DNA of 47,018 bases from a virus (taxonomy: Duplodnaviria > Caudoviricetes): positions 1-47,018 of the IMG/VR virus record IMGVR_UViG_3300017700_000722. One strand, written 5' to 3'. Position 1 is the first letter of the stretch, and each line of letters begins with the position of its first letter. Below are positions 1-8,487 of the stretch, piece after piece. A program made the position numbers and the translations under genes. The notes beneath the pieces were generated by a model. The model saw nothing but the letters and a program-made list of their open reading frames with translations, was not told the origin of the DNA and searched no databases.

Positions 1-123
1 GCGTGGCAGACTGGCGCGATCGGCTCATCGCGGATCCGATCCCACGCGACGGGTGCGCGGCAGTAGCGGCACCTCGGGCGTTTCGACTTGGGTGTCACGC
101 GGAGCGAGCTCCCGAGCACACCC
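1..123. repeat. Terminal direct repeat, copy 1 (identical to 46896-47018); circular contig overlap
   Basis: GCGTGGCAGACTGG...CCCGAGCACACCC at the start is repeated exactly at the end of the window. Confidence 0.97.
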
Positions 124-188
124 CGCAAAGGGTCGCCCTTGGGAAGGGTCGCCAGGCCTACGAGGGCGAGGGCGCGAAGCGGGGTCAT
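1..188 (-). CDS. 5' part of a junction-spanning small Zn-finger protein (continues through the terminal repeat to the stop at 46673)
   Basis: ATG at 188 preceded by GAGGA; reads MTPLRALALVGLATLPKGDPLRGVLGSSLRVTPKSKRPRCRYCRAP...VCHAH, in frame with ORF 46673..47014. Confidence 0.5.
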   Translation of the reverse strand, partial: MTPLRALALVGLATLPKGDPLRGVLGSSLRVTPKSKRPRCRYCRAPVAWDRIRDEPIAPVCH

Positions 189-389
189 GGATCCTCACGC
201 CCCGAGCCTACGCCTGATCGGGTGTGTGGGTCAAATCTGACTTGGATCCTCGAGCGACCACGGTAAACGAATTACCAGGGTCGGGCGGGCGTAGCACGAG
301 GCGGGCCGCACGAGTTGGGGCGTCAGGCTGATTTAATCGACCTCGACGCGCACGAGCCTCGACGAAAGGGCGGCGGGTTCGACTTTTCA

Positions 390-680
390 GCTAAAGATCG
401 CATTCGGGGTCGGGTGATCGCATCCTGATCGGATCGGGAAATCGGATGCGATCATTTGATTTACCCTAAAAGATCAAGTAGTTATATATTTCTGATCTTA
501 AAGAAGATCGTATAGATCGCATTCCTGACGCACTGATCACATGCGCGCCCGCGCACCCGCACACGCGCACACGCTGGCAACCCGACACCCTAGCGGAATC
601 CGATCTATACGATCTTGATCAATGGTTTCGGGTTTCTATGTGATCCGAAATGCGATCCGATGCGATCGGAACCCGATCGG
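390..680. other. Putative replication origin / divergent control region
   Basis: Non-coding gap between divergent arms. GATCGCAT at 396, 416, 515 and its inverse ATGCGATC at 446, 650, 660. 22-bp inverted repeat 504-525/595-616 with one mismatch. AT-rich patch at about 453-505. About 17 GATC sites. Confidence 0.65.
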
Positions 681-715
681 GGGGATTTTCCACACGGAGG
701 GGGAATTAAATCTCA

Positions 716-757
716 TGCCACGATTGACACGGTCCGGGGGCTGATTAAATAGGGCCC
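716..757 (+). promoter_or_regulatory. Early sigma70-like promoter with conserved box, probably leaderless
   Basis: TGCCACGATTGACACGG (contains TTGACA) followed by TGATTAAAT-AGGGCCC-ATG; same layout at 19178-19223. Confidence 0.65.
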
Positions 758-1003
758 ATGAATTGGATCGCGATAGCAGGGGCGCGCGCGGGAAATGGCT
801 ACGTGTGCACCCTGGCGCGGGGCACGACCGAAGGACCGCGAGCGCAAGTCGCGATCGTCCAGACTCCCGACGCGGGGGTAATCCACGTGTGGGGCGCCCG
901 CTACCTCGAGACGGGCTCCCGCCTCACGGGTAAATCGCTGGCCTCCGCGATCGGCGTCGCGTGCGAGGCTTTGGGCATCGAATATGATAGGGTGACCGAA
1001 TGA
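758..1003 (+). CDS. Hypothetical early protein
   Basis: First ORF after the promoter; ATGA overlap with the next gene. Confidence 0.75.
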   Translation: MNWIAIAGARAGNGYVCTLARGTTEGPRAQVAIVQTPDAGVIHVWGARYLETGSRLTGKSLASAIGVACEALGIEYDRVTE

Positions 1004-1410
1004 GCAGCTCCGAGCTCCGAGAAGCAAAGCTAGCCCGCCTCAAGGCATGGGAAGCGGTGTGCACCGCTACGGCGAAATACGGCGAGGCCTGCGCGCACGT
1101 TGCCCTACTCGAGCGAGGGCCCGAGACGCCCCGCGTCACCCCGCCGCCCGTGCGCACCCCGTCGAGCTCGATCCGTTTGGGCGACGCGAACCAGGTGCGC
1201 CCGTTGCCCCCGCCGAGCCTCGGGGAAGATCCGACCGTGGTAGCCCTGCCTTTCGTGGGAGCTCGCGTCATGGATCGGCACGGCGAGCCCGACCCGAGCA
1301 GGGCGGGCACGGTTCGCGGCATTTTCGGCGGGAGCGCTTCCGTCGAGTGGGATCACTCTCAAGGGAATTACAGCCCGTACCCTCTCGCCGATCTCCGGGT
1401 GCTGGTGTGA
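1000..1410 (+). CDS. Hypothetical protein with possible C-terminal SH3-like beta domain
   Basis: Coupled to both neighbours; C-terminus VGARV...GTVRGI...SVEWD resembles small SH3-fold barrels. Confidence 0.65.
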   Translation: MSSSELREAKLARLKAWEAVCTATAKYGEACAHVALLERGPETPRVTPPPVRTPSSSIRLGDANQVRPLPPPSLGEDPTVVALPFVGARVMDRHGEPDPSRAGTVRGIFGGSASVEWDHSQGNYSPYPLADLRVLV

Positions 1411-1733
1411 GCGTGCGGATCGAGCAGCTGCGCGCCCTCGTGCGAGCTCACCCGGTCAAGCTTGTTGCGGTCGACGTTGAGACCCTCGACCCTCGCACGC
1501 GCAGGTTGCGCGTTTCCGTGCGCGTGGCAGCCGAGACCGAACGCGAATATTTCGCTCGACGTTGGCACGATGAATTCGGCGAGACGCCCACGCGCAAAAC
1601 CCTCGACGCGTGGGATCACATCCAAGCCATGACCGCGGGGCGAGCATGCGGCGTCGAGGATCTGATCAAGCTCCGTCGCAAGCTCGACGACGATCGAGCA
1701 CGAGCCCTCGCGTTGATCGGTCGCGTGCGATGA
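1407..1733 (+). CDS. Hypothetical protein
   Basis: GTG start overlapping the previous stop (GTGA); 3' part of ORF 1047..1733. Confidence 0.6.
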   Translation: MSVRIEQLRALVRAHPVKLVAVDVETLDPRTRRLRVSVRVAAETEREYFARRWHDEFGETPTRKTLDAWDHIQAMTAGRACGVEDLIKLRRKLDDDRARALALIGRVR

Positions 1734-2338
1734 CGATCCCTCCCGCTGTCGTGGCGCTTTACGTCGACCCACACGGGCCCTACACCAAGCCCGGCAAGGT
1801 CGCGGCGTGGTTCGATGCCAAGCGCGACGCGAAGAATTACCGCGGCACGTTGCCCGTTGTTGCACACCCTCCGTGCGGGCCATGGGGGAGACTGAAATTC
1901 CTTTGCACCAAGCAACCCGCCGATCTCGGGCCTCTCGGCGTGAGCCAAGTGCGCCAGTGGGGGGGCGTCTTAGAGCACCCCTCGAATTCCACCCTTTGGA
2001 AATATTGCGCCATGCCTCGACCGGGTGAGCAGCCCGACGCACACGGAGGCTTTTCGATCCAAGTGAACCAATGCGATTGGGGGCACCGATGCAAGAAAAC
2101 GACGTGGCTCTACATCGTCGGATGCCCTCTCGAGAGTGTGCCCGCGTTGCCAGCTGCGCGCGGGTTCACGCACAGGATCACGAATGGATCGCGCGGAGAT
2201 ACGACCCTCCCACGTGTCGGAGCGCTCGAGGCGCGCTTGAGCCCCGAGGCCTTCGCCGATTTTCTGATCGCCATAGCGGCGAGCAGTGCAATTTCGCCCC
2301 ACGCGTGCAAAAATGCCTCGCTCGAATTTCGGGGGTAA
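1730..2338 (+). CDS. Minimal DNA cytosine-C5 methyltransferase-like protein
   Basis: VVAHPPC (motif IV catalytic PC), VLEHP (motif VI-like), QCDWGH..KKTTWL (motif VIII-like); no FxGxG motif I visible. Confidence 0.65.
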   Translation: MTIPPAVVALYVDPHGPYTKPGKVAAWFDAKRDAKNYRGTLPVVAHPPCGPWGRLKFLCTKQPADLGPLGVSQVRQWGGVLEHPSNSTLWKYCAMPRPGEQPDAHGGFSIQVNQCDWGHRCKKTTWLYIVGCPLESVPALPAARGFTHRITNGSRGDTTLPRVGALEARLSPEAFADFLIAIAASSAISPHACKNASLEFRG

Positions 2339-2405
2339 TCGCTCGAGGTGTGGCGTAATGCCTCACTGCCTGTAATTCGTTCAGTGTGCTTTTGAGGGAA
2401 ATTAC

Positions 2406-2446
2406 ACCGTGTCAATCGTGGCACGATGCCTGCTTAAGGTAATGTC
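2406..2446 (+). promoter_or_regulatory. sigma54-like promoter overlapping an inverted copy of the conserved box
   Basis: TGGCAC-GATGC-CTGCT at 2419-2434 (consensus TGGCAC-N5-TTGCW); 2406-2423 is the exact reverse complement of 716-733; ATG at 2447. Confidence 0.55.
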
Positions 2447-2644
2447 ATGCACAAGGCGACGCGCAGCACGAAAAGCGGCGAAATCCAAAATCACCACACC
2501 GCGGTGTGGGACGGATGCCCCCGCAAGGTTGTGGGCACGGATGACATTCAATGCACGACGTGCAAGCCCTGCCTTCGCCGCCTGATCAAGCGCGGCGTCG
2601 AGGGCGCAGCCGCACGCCTCGCCGAAATCGAGGCGGGCCCGTGA
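2447..2644 (+). CDS. Small Cys-rich hypothetical protein
   Basis: H..C...CTTCKPC cluster; lies directly after the putative promoter. Confidence 0.65.
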   Translation: MHKATRSTKSGEIQNHHTAVWDGCPRKVVGTDDIQCTTCKPCLRRLIKRGVEGAAARLAEIEAGP

Positions 2645-2706
2645 GGGCTTGATCTCGCGCGATGCAACCATCGATCCAAACTGTCAATTTTCAGAAAGGT
2701 AATTTT

Positions 2707-3144
2707 ATGAATTTCACGACCGCAATCAAACCCGTTCTCGCCTTCCTCGCGGGCCTCGTGCTCGCCCTGTGCGCTGGCTTCCTCTTACTGGGCTGCTCGG
2801 CGGAGGTCGACTCCGACGGTGACGCCGAGCCCGAAACCTACGAGGTCATCGCGGCCGTTTCGCTTCGCTCGGGAGAGGCGAAGGGCGTGCACGTCTATTG
2901 CCGCGAGCGAACCGATCGCATCGTGGACGCCGCTTGCTCCGTCGCGCCCAATCCCACGCGCGTAAAGCTCGACTATGACGGGCCGAACGACACCCTAGGC
3001 GGCGAGCCTGTGGGCGTGGCGTGGTTTTGCATCGGGCACGCGCCCGAGCAACCCGGCGGACCGCACGTGAGCGGCGGGCGCATCCGCGTGCAAGCGACGT
3101 GTGAGGTTGGCGGTCGCCCCGAGGGCTACGAGGTGCAGCCGTGA
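2707..3144 (+). CDS. Lipoprotein, possibly surface or superinfection-exclusion
   Basis: Signal peptide MNFTTAIKPVLAFLAGLVLALCAGFLLLG-C with lipobox; four further Cys; AAAGG RBS upstream of 2707. Confidence 0.7.
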   Translation: MNFTTAIKPVLAFLAGLVLALCAGFLLLGCSAEVDSDGDAEPETYEVIAAVSLRSGEAKGVHVYCRERTDRIVDAACSVAPNPTRVKLDYDGPNDTLGGEPVGVAWFCIGHAPEQPGGPHVSGGRIRVQATCEVGGRPEGYEVQP

Positions 3145-3341
3145 GCCGCGAAGCAGTGAACAAGGCGCGCGACCGCCTTACGGAAGAGCTATGCCGGGCC
3201 ACAAGTTGTAACGAGGTCGAGGCAACGATCGTCGCGGCGATCAAGGCACACGGCCGCGAGGCTTACGGTTGCCCGGATTACGACAACGCGATCAGTGACG
3301 TGCTGATCATCCTCGGGAGTGACGGCGAGGTGTTCAAATGA
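3141..3341 (+). CDS. Hypothetical protein
   Basis: 4-nt overlaps with both neighbours. Confidence 0.65.
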   Translation: MSREAVNKARDRLTEELCRATSCNEVEATIVAAIKAHGREAYGCPDYDNAISDVLIILGSDGEVFK

Positions 3342-3706
3342 GCGGGCCTATTCGCAAGCTGCTCGCCGATTGGGTCTCGGGTCGTGAAAGCGAATTGCGC
3401 GCAGCCATCGAGGATGGCTCGAACGAGCCTCGACGCTTCCGCCTGCGCGGCGAAGCTCTCGCGGCGGGCGAGGTCGAGTTGCTGCTAGGCGACTTGATCG
3501 ACGGGCTCGAAAAGGACCGCGAGATCCTCCGTGACCTCGGAGTCAAGCGGGAGGCCCACAACGTGGCTCGGGCGGCTTACTGTGACGTCAAGAACCCGGG
3601 TGAGTCGATCAACCTAGGCGAGGCTGCGCGGAACGCTCACGCGGCCTATTACGAGGCACGACACGCGGCGGGCAAGCGCGCTCGAGAGTTGGCGGGTGAA
3701 AAGTGA
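3338..3706 (+). CDS. Helical hypothetical protein, paralog A
   Basis: C-terminal half similar to 3703..4080 (EKDREILRDLGVKR...KRARELAG). Confidence 0.7.
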   Translation: MSGPIRKLLADWVSGRESELRAAIEDGSNEPRRFRLRGEALAAGEVELLLGDLIDGLEKDREILRDLGVKREAHNVARAAYCDVKNPGESINLGEAARNAHAAYYEARHAAGKRARELAGEK

Positions 3707-4080
3707 ACGTGGGATTGAAGCTGCAAACGCTGCTCGCGGAGGCGGAAGAGACCCTAGCCTTTTGCTTGCGAGCTCCCGGCAAAGCACCGTTCACGCGCAA
3801 AGAAGCGGAGCACGGGCGTAACATCGTGCGGGCGATCGTTGACTGGCTCGATCCCGAGGTCGAGGCGTTCGAGCGGGATCGCGCCATCCTGGCGGAGCTC
3901 GGGCGCAAGCGCGCCGACCAGATCGCCGCGATCGACTCTTACACGGAGCTCACGCGAAAGGGTTTCACGCACTCCGAGATCCTTCCGCGTAAACGGAAGC
4001 TCGACGCCGCGAACGAGGCTTACGGCGTGGCGCTCAAGGCAGCCGAGAAGCGCGGCGCGGAATTGGCGGGTGTGTCGTGA
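3703..4080 (+). CDS. Helical hypothetical protein, paralog B
   Basis: ERDRAILAELGRKR...KRGAELAG. Confidence 0.7.
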   Translation: MNVGLKLQTLLAEAEETLAFCLRAPGKAPFTRKEAEHGRNIVRAIVDWLDPEVEAFERDRAILAELGRKRADQIAAIDSYTELTRKGFTHSEILPRKRKLDAANEAYGVALKAAEKRGAELAGVS

Positions 4081-4616
4081 GCCTCCGCGAATTGTTCGGC
4101 GCAATGAAAGCGAACGCGGTTGATGTGGTGGCAACGCTCGACGGCCGTCGATACACATGCGCGGAGCTCAACGCGGAGCTCGATGAGCTCTTTACGATCC
4201 GAAACATGCTGATCCATTCGGGCCTAGCGCGCATGCTCCCGAGCAAGGGGATTTCGCCCGAGCTCGCCGAAACGCACAAGCGGGCCCGGGTGTTCTCGCG
4301 TGACGCTATCGACGTGCGGGCCCTCGCCCTGGCGTCGCTGGCGCATCAACAAGGCGTGAGGCTTTGCAGGTGCGGGCTCATGTCCGCGCCGCATGGCCCG
4401 TGCCGCATTCACCCGCGAGCGGCGGGCGAAGAACACGGGCGGCGCTATCGCTGCGAAGCGTGCTGCGAATGCCGCGATCCGGAATACTTCCCGAGCGGGT
4501 GTTACGACTCGACCGACGTCGACTCCGACGATGGGCGCGACGTCGATTCCGATCCCATGCCCGAGAGTGACGAAACGCCTTCCTGGCGCAAGCGTCACGG
4601 GTGGCCCGAGCCATGA
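4077..4616 (+). CDS. Cys-rich, putative Zn-binding hypothetical protein
   Basis: CRCG..C..H and CEACCEC..C motifs with an acidic tail; coupled. Confidence 0.65.
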   Translation: MSLRELFGAMKANAVDVVATLDGRRYTCAELNAELDELFTIRNMLIHSGLARMLPSKGISPELAETHKRARVFSRDAIDVRALALASLAHQQGVRLCRCGLMSAPHGPCRIHPRAAGEEHGRRYRCEACCECRDPEYFPSGCYDSTDVDSDDGRDVDSDPMPESDETPSWRKRHGWPEP

Positions 4617-4837
4617 GCCTCCGCAAGCTCCGAGCTCAGCGGGAGCACGACAAGCGGGCACGCGCGCAGCTTTGGCCGTGGGGCCCGAGGCAAGGTGCGC
4701 ACGCCCTCATCGGGTGGCGTCGAGGTTGGCGCCTCACGCTTTGGGTGCTTCGCATCGTCGCCCACATCGACGGCGTGGCAATCGCTCGCCTCGGGCCCCA
4801 CGCGCGGCGCCCGTTGCCCTGGCGGGGTGCGGCGTGA
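4613..4837 (+). CDS. Small basic, Trp-rich hypothetical protein
   Basis: ATGA overlap at 4613 and GTGA overlap at 4834. Confidence 0.5.
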   Translation: MSLRKLRAQREHDKRARAQLWPWGPRQGAHALIGWRRGWRLTLWVLRIVAHIDGVAIARLGPHARRPLPWRGAA

Positions 4838-5196
4838 TCCGGGAATTTATCCGGGCGTTTTTCGAGACACTGCTCGCACCCTATCGGCGGCGCGTGCTCA
4901 CCCCGAGGCAACGTCACGCGGATTTCATCATTCGTAAAATGTACGCCGAGCAAAAGAAACTCGACGCGTTGCGGGCACGCTGGCGAGCAGTCGACGGCGC
5001 ATGCTGCCCTGAATGCTGGTCGGGTGGGCGAACCTCCAAAATCATCGACGCACAGGAACGACGCGCAACCATGCTCGCGGTGCAGCTCAAACGCGATCCC
5101 TTGCCTCAACACCTCGAATTCCTCCGCCTGGCACGGGAAGGAAACCTCGACCTTGCCGAACCGCTCTCACGGTTTACGGGTGACCCGTGCTCCTGA
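4834..5196 (+). CDS. Hypothetical protein
   Basis: GTG start (VIREFIRAFF); CCPEC motif; 3' part of ORF 4393..5196. Confidence 0.55.
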   Translation: MIREFIRAFFETLLAPYRRRVLTPRQRHADFIIRKMYAEQKKLDALRARWRAVDGACCPECWSGGRTSKIIDAQERRATMLAVQLKRDPLPQHLEFLRLAREGNLDLAEPLSRFTGDPCS

Positions 5197-5501
5197 GCAG
5201 CTCACAGAAACGGTTGCTCTACCGCATCCTCGGATGGCAGGGCGAGCACGAGCATGGGCGAGGCTCTTACGAGCTCACGCCCGCGGAGCTCGTAATCCGA
5301 AAACTGATCGAGCTCGGAGTGATCCGGGTTCACGTCTCGGAGCTCGCCCGCGCGCTGCTCGAAATCAACCCGCCGCGCAAGCCCGATGTGCTGCCACACG
5401 ATGAGCTTTGGCAAGCGAAAGCGGATTGCAAGGGCTCCGTGATCCATGCCCCTGGCGGCGGGGTCAAGTGCACCGGTTGTCACGGGTGGTACTGCCTGTA
5501 A
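5187..5501 (+). CDS. Hypothetical protein with C-terminal Zn ribbon
   Basis: DCKG...GGGVKCTGCHGWYCL; followed by a terminator. Confidence 0.65.
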   Translation: MLLSSSQKRLLYRILGWQGEHEHGRGSYELTPAELVIRKLIELGVIRVHVSELARALLEINPPRKPDVLPHDELWQAKADCKGSVIHAPGGGVKCTGCHGWYCL

Positions 5502-5525
5502 CGCCCCGCGTCGAGCCCATCCCCG

Positions 5526-5559
5526 AGCCCCGATCTCCCTGTGAGGTCGGGGCTTTTTT
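5526..5559 (+). terminator. Intrinsic terminator ending the first early operon
   Basis: AGCCCCGATCTC-CCTGT-GAGGTCGGGGCT followed by TTTTT. Confidence 0.85.
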
Positions 5560-5612
5560 GCGCGTTCCGCTCGTTCAGTTTGCGTAATTTTGCATCGGGC
5601 GTTTTTGGACAC

Positions 5613-5641
5613 TTGACCCGAAAGGCAACGGGGCTTATTGT
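5613..5641 (+). promoter_or_regulatory. sigma70-like promoter of the replication operon
   Basis: TTGACC-N17-TATTGT. Confidence 0.65.
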
Positions 5642-5661
5642 CACTGCTCTCGAGGAGAGGC

Positions 5662-5705
5662 ACCCCCGCACGCGCGTTCCTCCTGACGCGTGTGCGGGGG
5701 TTTTT
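5662..5705 (+). terminator. Terminator-like hairpin in the primase leader (possible attenuator)
   Basis: ACCCCCGCACGCGCGT-N8-ACGCGTGTGCGGGGGT followed by TTTT, between the promoter and ATG 5729. Confidence 0.7.
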
Positions 5706-5728
5706 AGCCCGCCCCGAGTGCCCCGCCT

Positions 5729-7861
5729 ATGTCACACCTCGTTACGGCTGCTCGCTGGTATGCGGAACGTGGCTTCATTCCGTTGCAGCTCAGCGATCCG
5801 CGCGACGCGAGCGACCTTGCGCCGGGTAAGCGCCCGCTTGGCAAGTCGTGGCAAACCACCCCGTACGCCGACCCTGACGCGGTAGCGGCGCGTTTCGCCT
5901 CGCACTCGGGAAACATCGGAATGCGCATGGGCGCGTGCCCCGCCGGTCGTGTGGTCGCCCTCGACGTGGACGGGCCCGAGGGAGCCTCAACGCTCGCCGC
6001 CCTCGAGAGGGAGCTAGGTGCCCTCCCGCCCACGCTCACGAGCCGTAGCGGGCGCGCGGAGGGGGGAGAGCATCGAGTGTTCGTGCTTCCCGACGGAGCC
6101 CCCACGATCGGCAACGCGAGCCCTGTGCGTGGCGGACACCTCGACGTGAGAGGCGAGGCCGGTCAAATCGTTGTCGCCCCGAGTATCCACCCCGCAACGG
6201 GCGCGCCGTACCAGTGGACAAGCCTCGTAGCCCCCGCAACGCTTCCCGCCGCTTGGGTCGCCCGTCTCGTGCAAGCTGGCAACGGAGGCGCCACAGGGGC
6301 AACGGTTCGCAGTGGCGGGGTGCTCGACTCGATCGACGGCGCAACCATCCCCGAGGGCGAGAGGCGTAACAAGCTATTCCGCGTCGCCTGCGCCGCTCAT
6401 GCGATTGGTGCCGACGTCGCGAAAGTCGTGCACGCCGCGAACGAGCGTTGCGTGCCCCCGCTCCCGCATCCCGAGGTTGCCCACCTAATCACGGATGTAA
6501 TTCGCCGCTATCCCGCGGGGCACGGGCTTTCCGACCTCGGGAACGCGGAGCGGTTTTATGAGCGCTACGCGGGCGCCTATCGCTATTGCGGCGATCTCGG
6601 AGGCTGGCTCGAATTCGATGGGCGACGATGGCGCGCGAACGAGCACGGCGTAACGCGCGCCGTCGCTGAAACCATCCGTGCCCTTTACGTCGAGGCAGCG
6701 GCTTGCACCGATGACGACGCCGCGAAACAGATCCGAGCTCACGCCAAAGCCTGCGAGGCGGCGGGCCGCATTGCCTCGTGCCGCACGCTCGCCGAATCGA
6801 AGTGCGACCTACCCCCCGAGGCGTTCGATCGTGACCCGTGGATTTTCGTGGCAGCGAACGCGACGATCGACCTCCGCAACCTCACGCCCCGAGCTCACGA
6901 CGCGAAAGACCTTGCGACGCAAGCCGCCAGCGATGCGACGGTTTACGACCCTGTGGCGGTCGCGCCGACGTGGGAGGCGTTCCTTTCGCGGTGCTGGCCA
7001 GATCCGAGCGTGCGCGCGTTCTTGCAGCGATGGTGCGGCTTGCTGCTCTCGGGGGATTGCAGCGAGCAGAAATGGCTTTTGCTCACGGGCGAGGGCAACA
7101 ACGGAAAGGGCGTGCTCGTGCACACGCTCACGGCGTTGCTCGGGTCGTATGCATACAACGCCCCCACGAACTTTCTCACGAAACGCAAGAACGAGCCGCA
7201 CCCGACCGAGCTCATGGCAATCCGCGGCAAGCGGGCGATCTTCCAAAGCGAGACCGAGAAGGGCGCGACTTGGAACGAGGAACGCCTAAAGCAGCTCACG
7301 GGACGCGATCCCATTACGGCGCGTCTGATCTCCGAAAACTTCGTTACGTTCGAGCCCACGGGAAAGATCATGGTTTGCGCGAACGACGCACCGATCGTCG
7401 AGGGCGACAATCATGCTTTCTGGCGGCGCATCCTCACGTTGAAATGCGGCGTCATCATCCCGCCGGAAGAGATCGATATTCGTCTCGAGGAAAAGCTACG
7501 CCTTGAGCTCTCGGGCATCCTCAATTGGTGCATTGCGGGCCTCGCGGATTACTACCGCACGGGCCTGCGCCCGCCGCCCGCCGTGGTCGCGGCGGCTGCC
7601 GAATACCGCGAGAGCGAAGATCCCCTGATCGCATTCATCGAGCAATGCACCAAGCCCGCACCCGGCGGGCACGTGGACGCGGGAGCGCTGTATCAGGCTT
7701 ACAGCACGTTCGCTCGCCGCGGGAACGTCGAGCCGATTTCGATCAACGCGTTCGGTCGTGCCATGCAACGCCGAGGTTTCACGAGTGCGATTGTGGGCGC
7801 GAACCGATCACGCGTTCGCACAGGGATTACATTGATCGACCCGATTGGAGTGTCATTGTGA
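5729..7861 (+). CDS. Bifunctional primase-polymerase + PriCT + D5/P4-type SF3 helicase
   Basis: N-terminal GKRP, ALDVD, GEH and VVAPS Prim-Pol motifs; EGERRNKLF (PriCT); SDLGNAERF (D5-N); Walker A GEGNNGKG; LKQLTGRDPITAR; AFWRRI. Confidence 0.93.
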   Translation: MSHLVTAARWYAERGFIPLQLSDPRDASDLAPGKRPLGKSWQTTPYADPDAVAARFASHSGNIGMRMGACPAGRVVALDVDGPEGASTLAALERELGALPPTLTSRSGRAEGGEHRVFVLPDGAPTIGNASPVRGGHLDVRGEAGQIVVAPSIHPATGAPYQWTSLVAPATLPAAWVARLVQAGNGGATGATVRSGGVLDSIDGATIPEGERRNKLFRVACAAHAIGADVAKVVHAANERCVPPLPHPEVAHLITDVIRRYPAGHGLSDLGNAERFYERYAGAYRYCGDLGGWLEFDGRRWRANEHGVTRAVAETIRALYVEAAACTDDDAAKQIRAHAKACEAAGRIASCRTLAESKCDLPPEAFDRDPWIFVAANATIDLRNLTPRAHDAKDLATQAASDATVYDPVAVAPTWEAFLSRCWPDPSVRAFLQRWCGLLLSGDCSEQKWLLLTGEGNNGKGVLVHTLTALLGSYAYNAPTNFLTKRKNEPHPTELMAIRGKRAIFQSETEKGATWNEERLKQLTGRDPITARLISENFVTFEPTGKIMVCANDAPIVEGDNHAFWRRILTLKCGVIIPPEEIDIRLEEKLRLELSGILNWCIAGLADYYRTGLRPPPAVVAAAAEYRESEDPLIAFIEQCTKPAPGGHVDAGALYQAYSTFARRGNVEPISINAFGRAMQRRGFTSAIVGANRSRVRTGITLIDPIGVSL

Positions 7862-8487
7862 GCAAGAACCGCCAAAACCAGAATCGCCCCGCTTCCAAGC
7901 CCGTCGAGCTCCGCGAGCCGATCGCCGAATACACCCCGATCGAAAAAGCGGCGGGCCTCGGTTCGATGAGTTTGGAAGAGTACGCGGAAGCCTGCGCGCC
8001 CGTTGTCGCGCCCATCATCGAGCCCCCGGTATACTCGAGCGAGGGCGCAGCCGCCGATCCCGACCTTTTCGGCGTGCTCGTGAAAGGGCACGATGTGCGG
8101 TCCGCAAAGGTGTATGTCATGGGTTCAAGCCGTGACTTGGATCGCGCCCGCGCCGCGATGCAAATGCTCGGGTACGATCGGATTACCCACGATTGGGTGA
8201 AAGTGATCCAATCGCAAATGTTGCCCGATCACTCCCTCTCGCGGAATCAGTGTCGGAAATTCGCCCTTGAGGATCTCGAGGGCGTTGACGCCGCCGACGT
8301 CGTGCTAGCGTTGCTGCCTACGGACCGCACGCCGAGCACGGGTCATTGGTTCGAGTTTGGCTACGCCTACAAGTCGTGTAAGCCCATCATTACGGCGGGC
8401 ACGCGCAAGGGCATTTTTTGGGCGTTGGGCGATAAGCACTTCGGGAGCGACGCGGAGGCAATCGCGTTCTTGCGGGGTGTAGCGTGA
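7858..8487 (+). CDS. Nucleoside 2-deoxyribosyltransferase / N-glycosidase fold protein
   Basis: KVYVMGS...EDLEGVDAADVVLAL...STGHWFEFGYAY..KPII with the catalytic Glu; GTG start overlapping the primase stop. Confidence 0.8.
   Translation: MSKNRQNQNRPASKPVELREPIAEYTPIEKAAGLGSMSLEEYAEACAPVVAPIIEPPVYSSEGAAADPDLFGVLVKGHDVRSAKVYVMGSSRDLDRARAAMQMLGYDRITHDWVKVIQSQMLPDHSLSRNQCRKFALEDLEGVDAADVVLALLPTDRTPSTGHWFEFGYAYKSCKPIITAGTRKGIFWALGDKHFGSDAEAIAFLRGVA

Noticed and set aside
370-390. GTTCGAC T-loop-like motif
   Set aside because: No supporting T-stem or cloverleaf around it.
390-680. CRISPR mini-array
   Set aside because: The repeats are only 8-22 bp, irregularly spaced and in both orientations.
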